This document shows, one piece after another, positions 38,120-50,294 of a stretch of DNA of 64,000 nt. A program made the position numbers and the translations under genes. Under the pieces are notes generated by a model, which had not been told where the DNA came from, did no database searches, and worked only from the letters and a program-made list of their open reading frames with translations. The DNA is from Heptranchias perlo (lineage: Eukaryota): NCBI RefSeq assembly GCF_035084215.1, contig NC_090329.1:41354001-41418000 (forward strand). The letters are read 5' to 3'. Within the stretch, counting starts at the first letter, position 1. Each line of letters starts with the position of its first letter.

Positions 38120-39686
38120 GCGAATACCGGACAATCATGGGCAACACATCTGCAATTTTCCAACATGTCCTGCTGATGGGTAAGGTTCCTGCTGCTGGAG
38201 GTGCAGCCTCAGAAAGTTACCAACATAATCTCAATATAATTGGTGACATTTATCCATTTTTATTGAAGTCTCCTTCAATAAAAATAAAATGTCATCCTTG
38301 ATCCAGGAAAACTGTAAAATATCAAGGAGCTTGTCCTGAGGGATGCTCTTGGGGCCAATAATGATGCTAATTAAGGGGCCTCCCTATAACGTGACTGGAA
38401 TGCTTGAGCAGTGCTTCAGTCGCTGAGCGCTGATCCATATGGCATGTAATGAGCAACACATTGGGAACACCACAGACATGTTTAAGTGAACTGAATGCAT
38501 ATTATTATGCAAGTTCGTTCACTTGGGTGCAGCTCTGCACAGCTCCAGTGCCAGTGGTGTGCTCCTTTGTGTCTTTCACTTTCTGCCAGGTTCTAGCCTG
38601 TATACTAAACCTTTATTTGAATCTTCATTTTATTTTTGAATGCACATCGATGATGCTTTGTCTAATTCACTATAATACTATGGAATCCTGTCTGTGGTGA
38701 TCAGTCACACAATGAAGAAATTCTGCTTTCAAAACTGCAATCAGGCTAGTGCTCTGTCATTGCAACTGTTTATAGTGATCAGTGCTATTTGGTTCTAATG
38801 GTCACTTTACTGGCAGTTCCCCATTGTTCACTGACAATTGCTTCAATTGTAACATTGCCCGTCTACCCAATTTGGCATACAAATAGCTAAAGATATTACT
38901 ATTTGGGCTGCTAATTGTCCTTAATTTGGCTAATGTTAGTTTGGCTCAGTTGATAGCACTCTTACCTGAGTCAGATATTAGCAAGCAGATTTGAGGACAG
39001 AATCTAGACCTGGGATATCGTGACATGTAATTTGCAGGCCCAGTGTCCATTTTACACCTGATAAACAGGTGAAGGTAACTTGAATTCCTCCCCCATTATT
39101 TGGCACATTTTCCACTATTTTGGGGAATCCAGAATGGACATATGCATTGCATTTTTATTTTATCTAAAAAAGTGACATTTCCTCAGTTTTATCGAAAACG
39201 AATCTGTTTGCCGTTTGGAATGAATTATTTTATTTTAGAATTTTTTTCTCTTTCAATATCAGCATATAATATACTACTGGGAGAAAATTAAAATTAATCT
39301 TCTTTTTAAAAAATAATCACCCAATAGCAAATGGGGATTGAAACCTGGTCGTATTGATCTTAAAATCATTCCAATCGGGGCCTTAGGCAAATTCAGAACT
39401 GCACAAAATTTTTCCAAATGCTGTACTCACCTCCCCTGAACCTGCGTGGGATACTTCACAAATTATAGATTATTAATCTAAAAAAGTTTTTAACAGACCA
39501 ACCAGACCAGCAATTCCCCAAAAGCTACCCCACCAGACACTTTCCCCCTTCACATAGGCAGTTGTCCCTCCAACCTTCATCCCCTCCCGCCGTTCAGACA
39601 GTTTACACCCATTAATACCCCAGTTCACGCTGGCACACTTTTTACCCCCTCAGTTCTCTTCTATCCCTCCTAAACTCCTGATCATG

Positions 39687-42600
39687 CTGACAATCTACCC
39701 CCTCCAACCAACAATTAATCCTGACGCTCTTCCCCCTCGAACCCACATTTAATCCTGACACTCTTCCCCCTCTAACCCACAATTAATCCTGACACTCTTC
39801 CCCCTCTAACCCACAATTAATCATGACCCTCTTCCCCCTCTAACCCACAATTAATCCTGACACTCTTCACCCTCTAACACACACTTAATCCTGATGCTCT
39901 TCCCCCTCCAATCCACAATTAATCCTGACACTCTTCCCCCTCTAACCCACAATTAATCCTGACCCTCTTCCCCCTCTAACCCACAATTAATCCTGACACT
40001 CTTCCCCCTCCAATCCACAATTAATCCTGACACTCTTCCCCCTCTAACCCACAATTAATCCTGACACTCTTCCCCCTCTAAACAACAATTAATCCTGACA
40101 CTCTTCCCCCTCTAACCCACAATTAATCCTGATACTCTTCCCCCTCTAAACAACAATTAATCCTGACACTCTTCCCCCATTAACCAACAATTAATCCTGA
40201 CGCTCTTCGCCCTCTAACCCACAATTAATCCTGACACTCTTCCCCCTCTAACCCACAATTAATCCTGACACTCTTCCCCCTCTAACCCACAATTAATCCT
40301 GACGCTCTTCCCCCATTAACCAACAATTAATCCTGACACTCTTCACCCTCTAACCAACAATTAATCCTGACGCTCTTCCCCCTCTAACCCACAATTAATC
40401 CTGACACTCTTCCCCCTCTAACTCACAATTAATCCTGACACTCTTCCCCCTCTAACCCACAATTAATCCTGACACTCTTCCCCCTCTAACCCACAATTAA
40501 TCCTGACACTCTTCCCCCTCTAACCCACAATTAATCCTGACACGCTTCCCCCTCTAACCCACAATTAATCCTGACACTCTTCACCCTCTAACCAACAATT
40601 AATCCTGACGCTCTTCCCCCTCTAACCCACAATTAATCCTGACACTCTTCCCCCTCTAACCCACAATTAATCCTGACACTCTTCCCCCTCTAACCCACAA
40701 TTAATCCTGACACTCTTCCCCCTCTAACCCACAATTAATCCTGACGCTCTTCCCCCATTAACCAACAATTAATCCTGATGCTCTTCCCCCTCCAATCCAC
40801 AATTAATCCTGACACTCTTCCCCCTCTAACCCACAATTAATCCTGACACTCTTCCCCCTCTAACCCACAATTAATCCTGACGCTCTTCCCCCTCTAACCC
40901 ACAATTAATCCTGACGCTCTTCCCCCTCTAACCAACAATTAATCCTGACGCTCTTCCCCCTCTAACCCACAATTAATCCTGACACTCTTCCCCCTCTAAC
41001 CAACAATTAATCCTGATACTCTTCACCCTCTAACCAACAATTAATCCTGACACTCGTCCCCCTCTAACCCACAATTAATCCTGACACTCTTCCCCCTCTA
41101 ACCCACAATTAATCCTGACGCTCTTCCCCCCTCCAAACAACAATTAATCCTGACGCTCTTCGCCCTCTAACCCACATTTAATCCTGACACTCTTCCCCCT
41201 CTAACCAACATTTAATCCTGACACTCTTCCCCCTCTAACCCACAATTTATCCTGACACTCTTCCCCCTCTAAACAACAATTAATCCTGACGCTCTTCGCC
41301 CTCTAACCCACATTTAATCCTGACACTCTTCCCCCTCCAACCCACAATTAATCCTGACACTCTTCCCCCTCTAACCAACAATTAATCCTGACACTCTTCC
41401 CCCTCCAACCCACAATTAATCCTGATACTCTTCCCCCTCTAACCAACAATTAATCCTGACACTCTTCCCCCTCCAACCCACAATTAATCCTGACACTCTT
41501 CCCCCTCTAACCAACAATTAATCCTGACACTCTTCGCCCTCTAACCCACAATTAATCCTGACACTCTTCCCCCTCTAACCAACAATTAATCCTGACAATC
41601 TTCCCCCTCCAACCCACAATTAATCCTGACAATCTTCCCCCTCCAACCCACAATTAATCCTGACAATCTTCCCCCTCTAAACAACAATTAATCCTGACAC
41701 TCTTCGCCCTCTAACCCACAATTAATCCTGACACTCTTCCCCCTCTAACCAACAATTAATCCTGACACTCTTCCCCCACCAACCCACAATTAATCCTGAC
41801 CCTCTTCCCCCATTAACCAACAATTAATCCTGACGCTCTTCGCCCTCTAACCCACAATTAATCCTGACACTCTTCCCCCTCTAACCCACAATTAATCCTG
41901 ACGCTCTTCCCCCTCTAACCCACAATTAATCCTGACAATCTTCCCCCCCCAAGCAGCAATTAATCCTGATACTCTTCACCCTTCAACCCACAATTAATCC
42001 TGATACTCTTCCCCCTCTAACCCACAATTAATCCTGACACTCTTCCCCCTCTAACCCACAATTAATCCTGACACTCTTCCCCCTCTAACCCACAATTTAT
42101 CCTGATACTCTTCACCCTTCAACCCACAATTAATCCTGACACTCTTCCCCCTCTAACCAACAATTAATCCTGACGTTGTTCCCTCTCTAACCCACAATTA
42201 ATCCTGACACTCTTCCCCCTCTAACCCACAATTAATCCTGACACTCTTCCCCCTCTAACCCACAATTAATCCTGACACTCTTCCCCCTCTAACCAACAAT
42301 TAATCCTGACGTTGTTCCCTCTCTAACCCACAATTAATCCTGATACTCTTCCCCCTCTAACCCACAATTAATCCTGATACTCTTCCCCCTCTAACCCACA
42401 ATTAATCCTGACGCTCTTCCCCTTCTAACCCACAATTAATCCTGATACTCTTCCCCCTCTAACCCACAATTAATCCTGATGCTCTTCGCCCTCTAACCGA
42501 CAATTAATCCTAACGCTCTTCCCCCTCTAACCCACAATTAATCTTGACGCTCTTCCCCCTCTAACCCACAATTAATCTTGACGCCCTTCTCCCTCTAACC

Positions 42601-42787
42601 GACAATTAATCCTAACGCTCTTCCCCCTCTAACCCACAATTAATCTTGACGCTCTTCCCCCTCTAACCCACAATTAATCTTGACGCCCTTCTCCCTCTAA
42701 CCAACAATTATTCCTGACACTCTTCCCCCCTAACCAAAAATTATTCCTGGCGCTCTTCCCCCTCTAACCCACAATTAATCCTGACAC
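39687..42787 (+). repeat. Minisatellite A, 34-bp unit CTGACACTCTTCCCCCTCTAACCCACAATTAATC, about 90 copies
   Basis: Period 34 (ctcttccccc at 40441 and 40475). Confidence 0.97.
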
Positions 42788-42915
42788 ATCTTCTTTCCCC
42801 TCCACCCAATGCAAACTGGCACTTTCCTTCTCCACCTTCCCCGTTGAACCTGGCATTCTATCTTACGACTCAGTTTATGCTGGCACTCTTCATACAACTT
42901 CCCCCTCAGTTCATG

Positions 42916-43724
42916 TTGGCACTGATCTCTCCCTCAGCTCCAGATGGGATTGGCACTGACCTCTGCCTCAGCTCCAGATAGGATTGGCACTGACTTGTCC
43001 CTCAGCTCCAGATGGGGTTGGCACTGACCTCTCCCTCAGCTCCAGATGGGATTGGCACTGACCTCTCCCTCAGCTCCAGGTGGGGTTGGCACTGACCTCT
43101 CCCTCAGCTCCAGATGGGGTTGGCACTGACCTCTCCCTCAGCTCCAGATGGGGTTGGCACTGACCTGTCCCTCAGCTCCAGATGGGGTTGGCACTGACCT
43201 GTCCCTCAGCTCCAGATGGGGTTGGCACTGACCTCTCCCTCAGCTCCAGATGGGATTGGCACTGACCTCTCCCTCAGCTCCTGATGGGATTGGCAATGAC
43301 CTCTCCCTCAGCTCCAGATGGGATTGGCAATGACCTCCCCCTCAGCTCCAGATGGCGTTGGCACTGACCTCTCCCTCAGCTCCAGATGGGGTTGGCACTG
43401 ACCTCTCCCTCAGCTCCTGATGGGATTGGCAATGACCTCTCCCTCAGCTCCAGATGGGATTGGCACTGACCTCTCCCTCAGCTCCAGATGGGGTTGGCAC
43501 TGACCTCTCCCTCAGCTCCTGATGGGATTGGCAATGACCTCTCCCTCAGCTCCAGGTGGGGTTGGCACTGACCTCTCCCTCAGCTCCAGATGGGGTTGGC
43601 ACTGACCTCTCCCTCAGCTCCAGATGGGGTTGGCACTGACCTCTCCCTCAGCTCCAGATGGGGTTGGCACTGACCTCTCCCTCAGCTCCAGATGGGGTTG
43701 GCACTGACCTCTCCCTCAGCTCCA
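42916..43724 (+). repeat. Minisatellite B, 34-bp unit TTGGCACTGACCTCTCCCTCAGCTCCAGATGGGG, about 24 copies
   Basis: Period 34 (gcactg at 43021 and 43055). Confidence 0.97.
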
Positions 43725-43963
43725 GTTGATGCCGCCACTCTTCTTTCCCTCCCTCTTCAGTTCATGCTGGCATTCTTCTTTCCATCCCCACTTTGGTAGT
43801 CTCTTCCTCCCTGCTCACAGTAACGCTGACCTCTCCCTTACCCACAGTTTAAGCTGACACTCAATCAAAAGCAAAATACTGCGGATGCTGAAAGTGTGAA
43901 ATATGAACAGAAAATGCTGGAAATACTCAGCAAGTTAGGCAGCATCTGTGGAGAAAGAAGCAG

Positions 43964-44000
43964 AGTTAATGTTTCAGGTTAATGACCCTTTGTCAGAACT
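43964..44000 (-). ncRNA. Degenerate hammerhead copy
   Basis: Reverse complement AGUU-CUGACAA-AGGGUCAUUAACCU-GAAACAUU-AACU: G8 to A and a broken palindrome, consistent with CpG decay. Confidence 0.6.
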
Positions 44001-45205
44001 GGAAAAAGTTGAAGATTAAACAAATTTTAAGCAAGTACAGAGCCAGGCAAAGAGGGGGAGGGGTGGAAAGAACATAAGGGAAGGTCTATGATAGGGTTGA
44101 GGGCAGGAGCGATCAAATGACAAAAGGGATGATGGCAAGGAAGGTGGTAATGGGACAGGTTTTAAAGAAATATTTCAATATTCTAAACAAATATACATTC
44201 CATTGAGAAATAAAAACTCTGTGGGAAAAGTGATCCATCCGTGGCTAACTAAAGAAGTTAAGGAGAGCATTAGATTGAAAGAAGAAGCCTATAATGTTGC
44301 CAAGAAGAGTAATAAGTCTGGGGATTGGGAGAATTTTAGAAACCAACAAAGGATGACCCAAAAAATTGATAAAAAGGGAGAAAATAGAATATGGAAGTAA
44401 ACTAGCAAGAAATATAAAAACAGATTGTAAGAGCTTCTACAAGTATGTAAAAAGGAAGAGAGTAGCAAAAGTAAACGTTGGTCCCTTAGAGGCTGAGGCA
44501 GGAGATTACACAGTGTGCTGAGAGTTCGGTAAGTGTGGGAGTTGAAGGGTTAATCTCTTTAAATCTAGTGCGTACTGCTTCAACTGTTTAAGGTCAATTT
44601 AAAAGTTTAAATTTCTAAGTTTCTGTCAGGCTTCAGCAGAGAGCTGCTGTAGCAAGTTAATTGGTTAGCTAGATTCAATTGGTACCTGAAGGTGGGGCAG
44701 GCCTGACTCATCTGAGTCTCAACTGTAGAAATACAGGGGCCTGTCAGTGTGGACTGCACGGTGTGCGGATATTACACAGTGTACTGAGAGTTTGGTAAGT
44801 GTGGGAGTTTGGTGAAGTGGGGGAAGGAGGTTCTGCTTTGCCTTGCTTTTCCAAACTTTTCCTGCAGAGCGGTAGTGGACCTGAGAGTAGAAGACTGAGA
44901 TTGTGGAATAAAAGCAGCAGCAGACCTGCACCAAGAGACAACTACTGTGCGACATCACAGGGACTCAACTCCTGGACCTAAGATAAATAAGAAGCAAAAA
45001 GTAATCCAAGTGGGACGTCACCAAGGAAGAGGTAAGTGATTGGCTGGTGAGTATTTTCCTGCTGAATTTGTCAAAGGTTAGAGTCTGTGGATTCTCGGGT
45101 CTCTGTTGTGTCGTGGGGGACTGCTGTTCAGCAAGGGCCCTTGAGTATACCTTTTTAATTGAAGTGAAATTGGTGTGATTCATTTAATTAGTTAAAGGGT
45201 AAGTC

Positions 45206-46156
45206 ATGTCAGGACAGCCCAGCCCTGTGTTATGCTCTTCCTGCTCTATGTGGGAAATCAGGGACCCTTCCGGTGTCCCTGACGACCATGTGTGCGGGAA
45301 ATGTATCCAGCTGCAGCTACTGACAAACCGCATTGCGGCACTGGAGCTGCGGATGGATTCATTAAGGAGCATTCGCGATGCTGAGAACGTCGTGGATAGC
45401 ACGTTTAGTGAGATGGTCACACCGCAGGTAAAGGTTGTACAGGCAGGAAGTAATTGGGTGACCACCAGGCAGAGTAAGAAGAGCAGGCAGGCAGTGCAGG
45501 GGTCCCCTGTGGCCGTCCCCCTCTCAAACAAATATACCGCTTTGGATATTGTTGAGGGGGATGACTTATCAGGGGAAGGCAGCAGCAGCCAACTTCCTGG
45601 CACCAGGGGTAGCTCTGCTGCACAGGCTGGGAGGAAAAAGAGTGGAAGAGCTATAGTGGTAGGGGATTCTATCGTAAGGGGAACAGACAGGCGTTTCTGT
45701 GGCCGTAAACGTGACTCCAGGATGGTTTGTTGCCTCCCTGATGCCAGGGTCATGGATGTCACTGAGCGGCTACAGGGCATTCTCAAGGGGGAGGGGGAGC
45801 AGGCAGAGGTCGTGGTCCACATTGGGACCAACGACATAGGTAGGAAGGGAGATGAGGTCCTGCATCAAGAATTTAGGGAGCTAGGTAGCAGATTAAAGAG
45901 CAGGACCTCAAAGGTTGTAATCTCTGGATTACTCCCAGTGCCACGGGCTAGTGAGTATAGAAATAGGAGGATAGAACAGATGAATGCGTGGCTAAAGAGT
46001 TGGTGCAGGAGGGAGGGTTTCAGTTTCCTGGATCACTGGGCCTGCTTCTGGGGAAGGTGGGACTTGTACAAGTCGGACGGGTTGCACCTGAACCAGAGTG
46101 GGACAAATATCCTTGCGGGGAGGTTTGCTAGCACTGTTGGGGGGGGTTTAAACTAA
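45206..46156 (+). CDS. CR1 ORF1p: CxxC-CxxC zinc finger, coiled coil, SGNH esterase domain
   Basis: CSSC...CGKC, LTNRIAALELRMDSL, VGDS, HIGTND and DGLH; 316 aa uninterrupted. Confidence 0.93.
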   Translation: MSGQPSPVLCSSCSMWEIRDPSGVPDDHVCGKCIQLQLLTNRIAALELRMDSLRSIRDAENVVDSTFSEMVTPQVKVVQAGSNWVTTRQSKKSRQAVQGSPVAVPLSNKYTALDIVEGDDLSGEGSSSQLPGTRGSSAAQAGRKKSGRAIVVGDSIVRGTDRRFCGRKRDSRMVCCLPDARVMDVTERLQGILKGEGEQAEVVVHIGTNDIGRKGDEVLHQEFRELGSRLKSRTSKVVISGLLPVPRASEYRNRRIEQMNAWLKSWCRREGFSFLDHWACFWGRWDLYKSDGLHLNQSGTNILAGRFASTVGGGLN

Positions 46157-49073
46157 CTTGGCAGGGGGATGGGATACAGAGTGGAGCTACAATAGTGGGT
46201 GATGTGCAGCCATATATAGAGAAAAAAACAAGTCAGCTTGGAAGACAGGGCAAATATGTGAGGGCAAGGTTGGATGGCATCTATTTTAATGCAAGGAGTC
46301 TTGCGAATAAGGTGGATGAACTGAAGGTGTTGTTAAACACATGGGAGTATGATATTGTTGCTGTCACAGAGACATGGTTGAGGGAGGGGCAAGACTGGCA
46401 GCTCAATATTCCGGGGTACAGAATCTTCAGGCGAGACAGAGGGGGAGGTATAAGAGGAGGGGGGGTCGCAATATTAATTAAAGAATCAATTACTGCCATA
46501 AGGAGGGATGATATATTAGCAGGTTCCTCTAATGAGGCCATATGGGTGGAGCTTAAAAACAAAAAGGGGGCAAGCACTTTGATGGGAGTGTACTATAGGC
46601 CCCCAAACAGTCAGGGGGAGATAGAGGAACAGATATGTAGGCAAATCTCAGAAAATTGTGCAAATAATAGGGTAATAATAGTGGGGGATTTCAACTTCCC
46701 CAATATTAACTGGGATACTCAGAGTGTAAAAGGCTTAGAGGGTACAAAATTCTTAACGTGCATCCAGGAGAGCTTTTTGAGCCAGCATGTAGAAAGTCCT
46801 ACAAGAGAGGGGGCGGTACTGGACCTAATTCTAGGGAATGTGGCCGGCCAAGTGGAAGAAGTGCTAGTAGGTGAACACTTTGGTGACAGTGACCATAATT
46901 CGGTGAGATTTAAGGTGGTCATGGAAAAGGACAGGGAGGGGCCGGAAATAAAGGTTCTAAATTGGGGGAAGGCCGATTTTAATAGGATAAGGCAGGATCT
47001 GGCCAAAATGGACTGGGATCAGCTGCTTGTAGGAAAATCCGCATCGGAGCAATGGGAGTCTTTCAGAAGGGAGATTGAGACCATACAATGGCAACATGTT
47101 CCCGTAAAGGTCAAGGGTGGTTCCAAGAACTCCAGGGAACCTTGGATGTCAGGGGATATACGAGAATGGATTAGGAAAAAAAGGAGGGCTTTTGGCAGAT
47201 ACAAAAGGCTAAAGACGGAGGAAACCCTAGAGGAGTACAAAAAGTGCAGGGGGATACTTAAAAAAGAAATTAGGAGATCAAGGAGGGGCCATGAAATAAC
47301 ACTGGCGAGCAAAATAAAGGAAAATCCTAAGATGTTTTATAAGTATATTAAGGGTAAGAGGATGACTAGGGGAAAAAATAGGGCCCATTAGGGACAAAAA
47401 TGGCAATCTGTGTGTGGAGCCGGCAGATGTAGGAGGGGTTCTAAATGAATTTTTTGCATCTGTTTTCACTATGGAGAAGGACGATGTAGATATAGAAATA
47501 CGGCAGGGGGACTGTGATATACTCTAACGTATTAACATCGAGCGGGAGGAGGTATTGGCGGTTTGAGCAGGCCTAAAAATGGATAAATCCCCAGGCCCGG
47601 ACGAAATGTATCCCAGGCTACTGTGTGAGGCAAAGGAGGAGATTGCAGGGGCTCTAACACATATATTCAGAACCTCTCTGGCCACAGGGGATGTGCCAGA
47701 GGACTGGAGAACCGCTAATGTAGTACCATTATTCAAGAAGGGGTAGGGAAAAACCGGGGAACTACAGGCCAGTGAGCCTAACATCAGTGGTAGGAAAATT
47801 ATTGGAAAAAATTCTGAAGGACAAAATTAGTTTCCACTTGGAGAAGCAAGGATTAATCAGGGATAATCAACATGGCTTTGTCAAGGGAAGATCATGTCTG
47901 ACTAATTTGATTGAATTTTTTGAGGGAGTGACTAGGCGTGTGGATGAGGGTAACGCAGTGGATGTGGTATACATGGATTTCAGTAAGGCCTTCGATAAAG
48001 TCCCCCACAGGAGACTGGTCAAGAAGGTACGAGCCCATGGAATCCAGGGTGCCTTGGCACTTTGGATACAAAACTGGCTTAGTGGCAGAAGGCAGAGGGT
48101 GATGGTCGAAGGTTGTTTTTGTGACTGGAAGCCTGTGGCCAGTGGGGTACCACAGGGATCGGTGCTGGGTCCCTTGCTGTTTGTGGTCTACATTAATGAC
48201 TTGGATATGAATGTCAAAGGTATGATCAGTAAGTTCGCTGATGATACAAAGATTGGTAGGGTGGTAAATAGCGAGGAGGATAGCCTCAGTCTGCAGGACG
48301 ATATAGATGGGTTGGTCAGATGGGCGGAACAGTGGCAAATGGAATTTAACCCGGAAAAGTGCGAGGTGATGCACTTTGGAGGGACTAACAAGGCAAGGGA
48401 ATACACAATGAATGGGAGGACCCTAGGCAAGACAGAGGGTCAGAGGGATCTTGGTGTGCAAGTTCACAGATCCCTGAAGGCGGCGGAATAGGTAGATAAG
48501 GTGGTAAAGAAGGCATATGGGATACTTGCCTTTATTAGCCGAGTCATAGAATATAAGAGCAAGGAGGTTATGATGGAGCTGTATAAAACACTGGTTAGGC
48601 CACAGCTGGAGTACTGTGTGCAGTTCTGGTCGCCACACTACAGGAAGGATGTGATCGCTTTGGAGAGGGTGCAGAGGAGATTCACCAGGATGTTACCAGG
48701 GCTGGAGCGCTTCAGCTATGAAGAGAGACTGGGAAGATTGGGTTTGTTTTCCTTGGAGCAGAGGAGGCTGAGGGGGGACATGATTGAGGTGTACAAAATT
48801 ATGAGGGGCACAGATAGGATGGATACTAAGGAGCTTTTTCCCTTCGTTAAGGGTTCTATAACAAGGGGACATAGATTCAAGGTAAAAGGCGGGAGGTTTA
48901 GAGGGGATTTGAGAAAGAACTTTTTCACCCAGAGGGTGGTTGGAGTCTGGAACTCACTGCCTGAAAGGGTTGTGGAGGCAGGAACCCTCACAACATTCAA
49001 GAAGCATTTGGATGAGCACTTGAAATGCCATAGCATACAAGGCTACGGACCAAATGCTGGAATATGGGATTAG
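46147..49073 (+). pseudogene. CR1 ORF2 (APE endonuclease plus reverse transcriptase), disrupted
   Basis: NARS, ETW, YYRPP, GDFN, SDH, QHGF, PQGS and FADD motifs; frameshifts near 47370 and 47740, stops near 47526, 47564 and 48489. Confidence 0.93.
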
Positions 49074-50019
49074 AGTAGACCGGGCTGATGGCCGGCGCGG
49101 ACACGATGGGCCGAAGGGCCTCTATCCGCGCTGTATAACTCTATGACTCTAAATTATAATGGGGTATCAGGAAATGACAGATGCGTTATTTTGTATCTGT
49201 CTTCACAGTGGAAGACACAAAAAGCTTCCCAAAAATAGTGGGGAACCAAGGGGTAAATGAGAGTGAGAAACTTAAAATAATTAATATCACCAGAGAAAAA
49301 GTACTGGACTAACTAATGGGACTAAAAGCCAACAAATCCCCTGGACCTGATGGCCTACATCCTAGGGTTCTAAAAGAGGTGGCTGCAGAGATAGTGGATG
49401 CATTGGTTGTGATCTTCCAAAATTCTCTAGATTCTAGAACGGTCCCAGTGGACTGGAAGGTAGCAAATGTTACCCCGCTATTCAAGAAGGGAGGGAGAGA
49501 GAAAACAGGGAAATACAGGCCAGTTTGCCTGACATCAGTCGTCAGGAAAATGTTGGAATCCATTATTAAGGAAGTGGTAACAGGGCACTTAGAAAATCAT
49601 GGTATGGTTCGGCAGAGTTAACATGGTTTTATGAAAGGGAAATCGTGTTTGACAAATTTATTAGAGTTTTTTGAGGATGTAACTAGCAGGGTAGATAAAG
49701 GGGAACCAGTGGATGTAGTATATTTGGATTTTCAAAAGGCATTCGATAATGTGCCACACAAGAGGTTGTTACACAAGATTAGGGCTCATGGGGTTGGGGG
49801 TAATATATTGGCATGAATAGAGGATTGGTTAACGGACAGAAAACAGAGAGTAGGGATAAACGTGTCATTCTCAGGTTGGCAGGCTGTAACTAGTGGGGAG
49901 CCGCAAGGATTGACGCTGGGGCCTCAGCTGTTTACAATCTATATCAATGACTTAGATGAAGGGACCGAGTGTAATGTATCCAAGTTTGCTGACGATACAA
50001 AGCTAGGTGGGAAAGTAAG

Positions 50020-50275
50020 ATACAAAAGGGTCCAGAGGGGCAATTTTTTCACTCAAAGGGTGGTGAGTGTCTGGAACGAGCTGCCAGAGGCAGTAGTAGA
50101 GGCGGGTACAATTTTGTCTTTTAAAAAGCATTTGGACAGTTACATGGGTAAGATGGGTATAGAGGGATATGGGCCAAGTGCAGGCAACTGGGACTAGCTT
50201 AGTGGTATAAACTGGGCGACATGGACATGTTGGGCCGAAGGGCCTGTTTCCATGTTGTAAACTTCTATGATTCTA
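50020..50275 (+). mobile_element. Short CR1 3' fragment with TAAG duplication
   Basis: TAAG at 50016-50019 and 50276-50279; [14 protein letters not shown]; tail ttctatgattcta. Confidence 0.88.
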
Positions 50276-50294
50276 TAAGCTGTGAGGAGGACAC

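Larger units (their letters stand above)
44505..49150 (+). mobile_element. Near-full-length young CR1 LINE (5' UTR, intact ORF1, ORF2 with few lesions, 3' UTR)
   Basis: ORF1 and ORF2 as listed below; tail ctgtataactctatgactct; inserted between host ggcaggag and aaattataatgg. Confidence 0.95.

Noticed and set aside
37600-38301. 233-aa repetitive ORF
   Set aside because: Translation of the 20-bp minisatellite, starting at GTG; no sign of a real gene.
39687-43724. CRISPR-like array
   Set aside because: Head-to-tail repeats with no unique spacers and no cas genes, in a vertebrate context.
45184-45837. 217-aa antisense ORF
   Set aside because: Shadow of CR1 ORF1.
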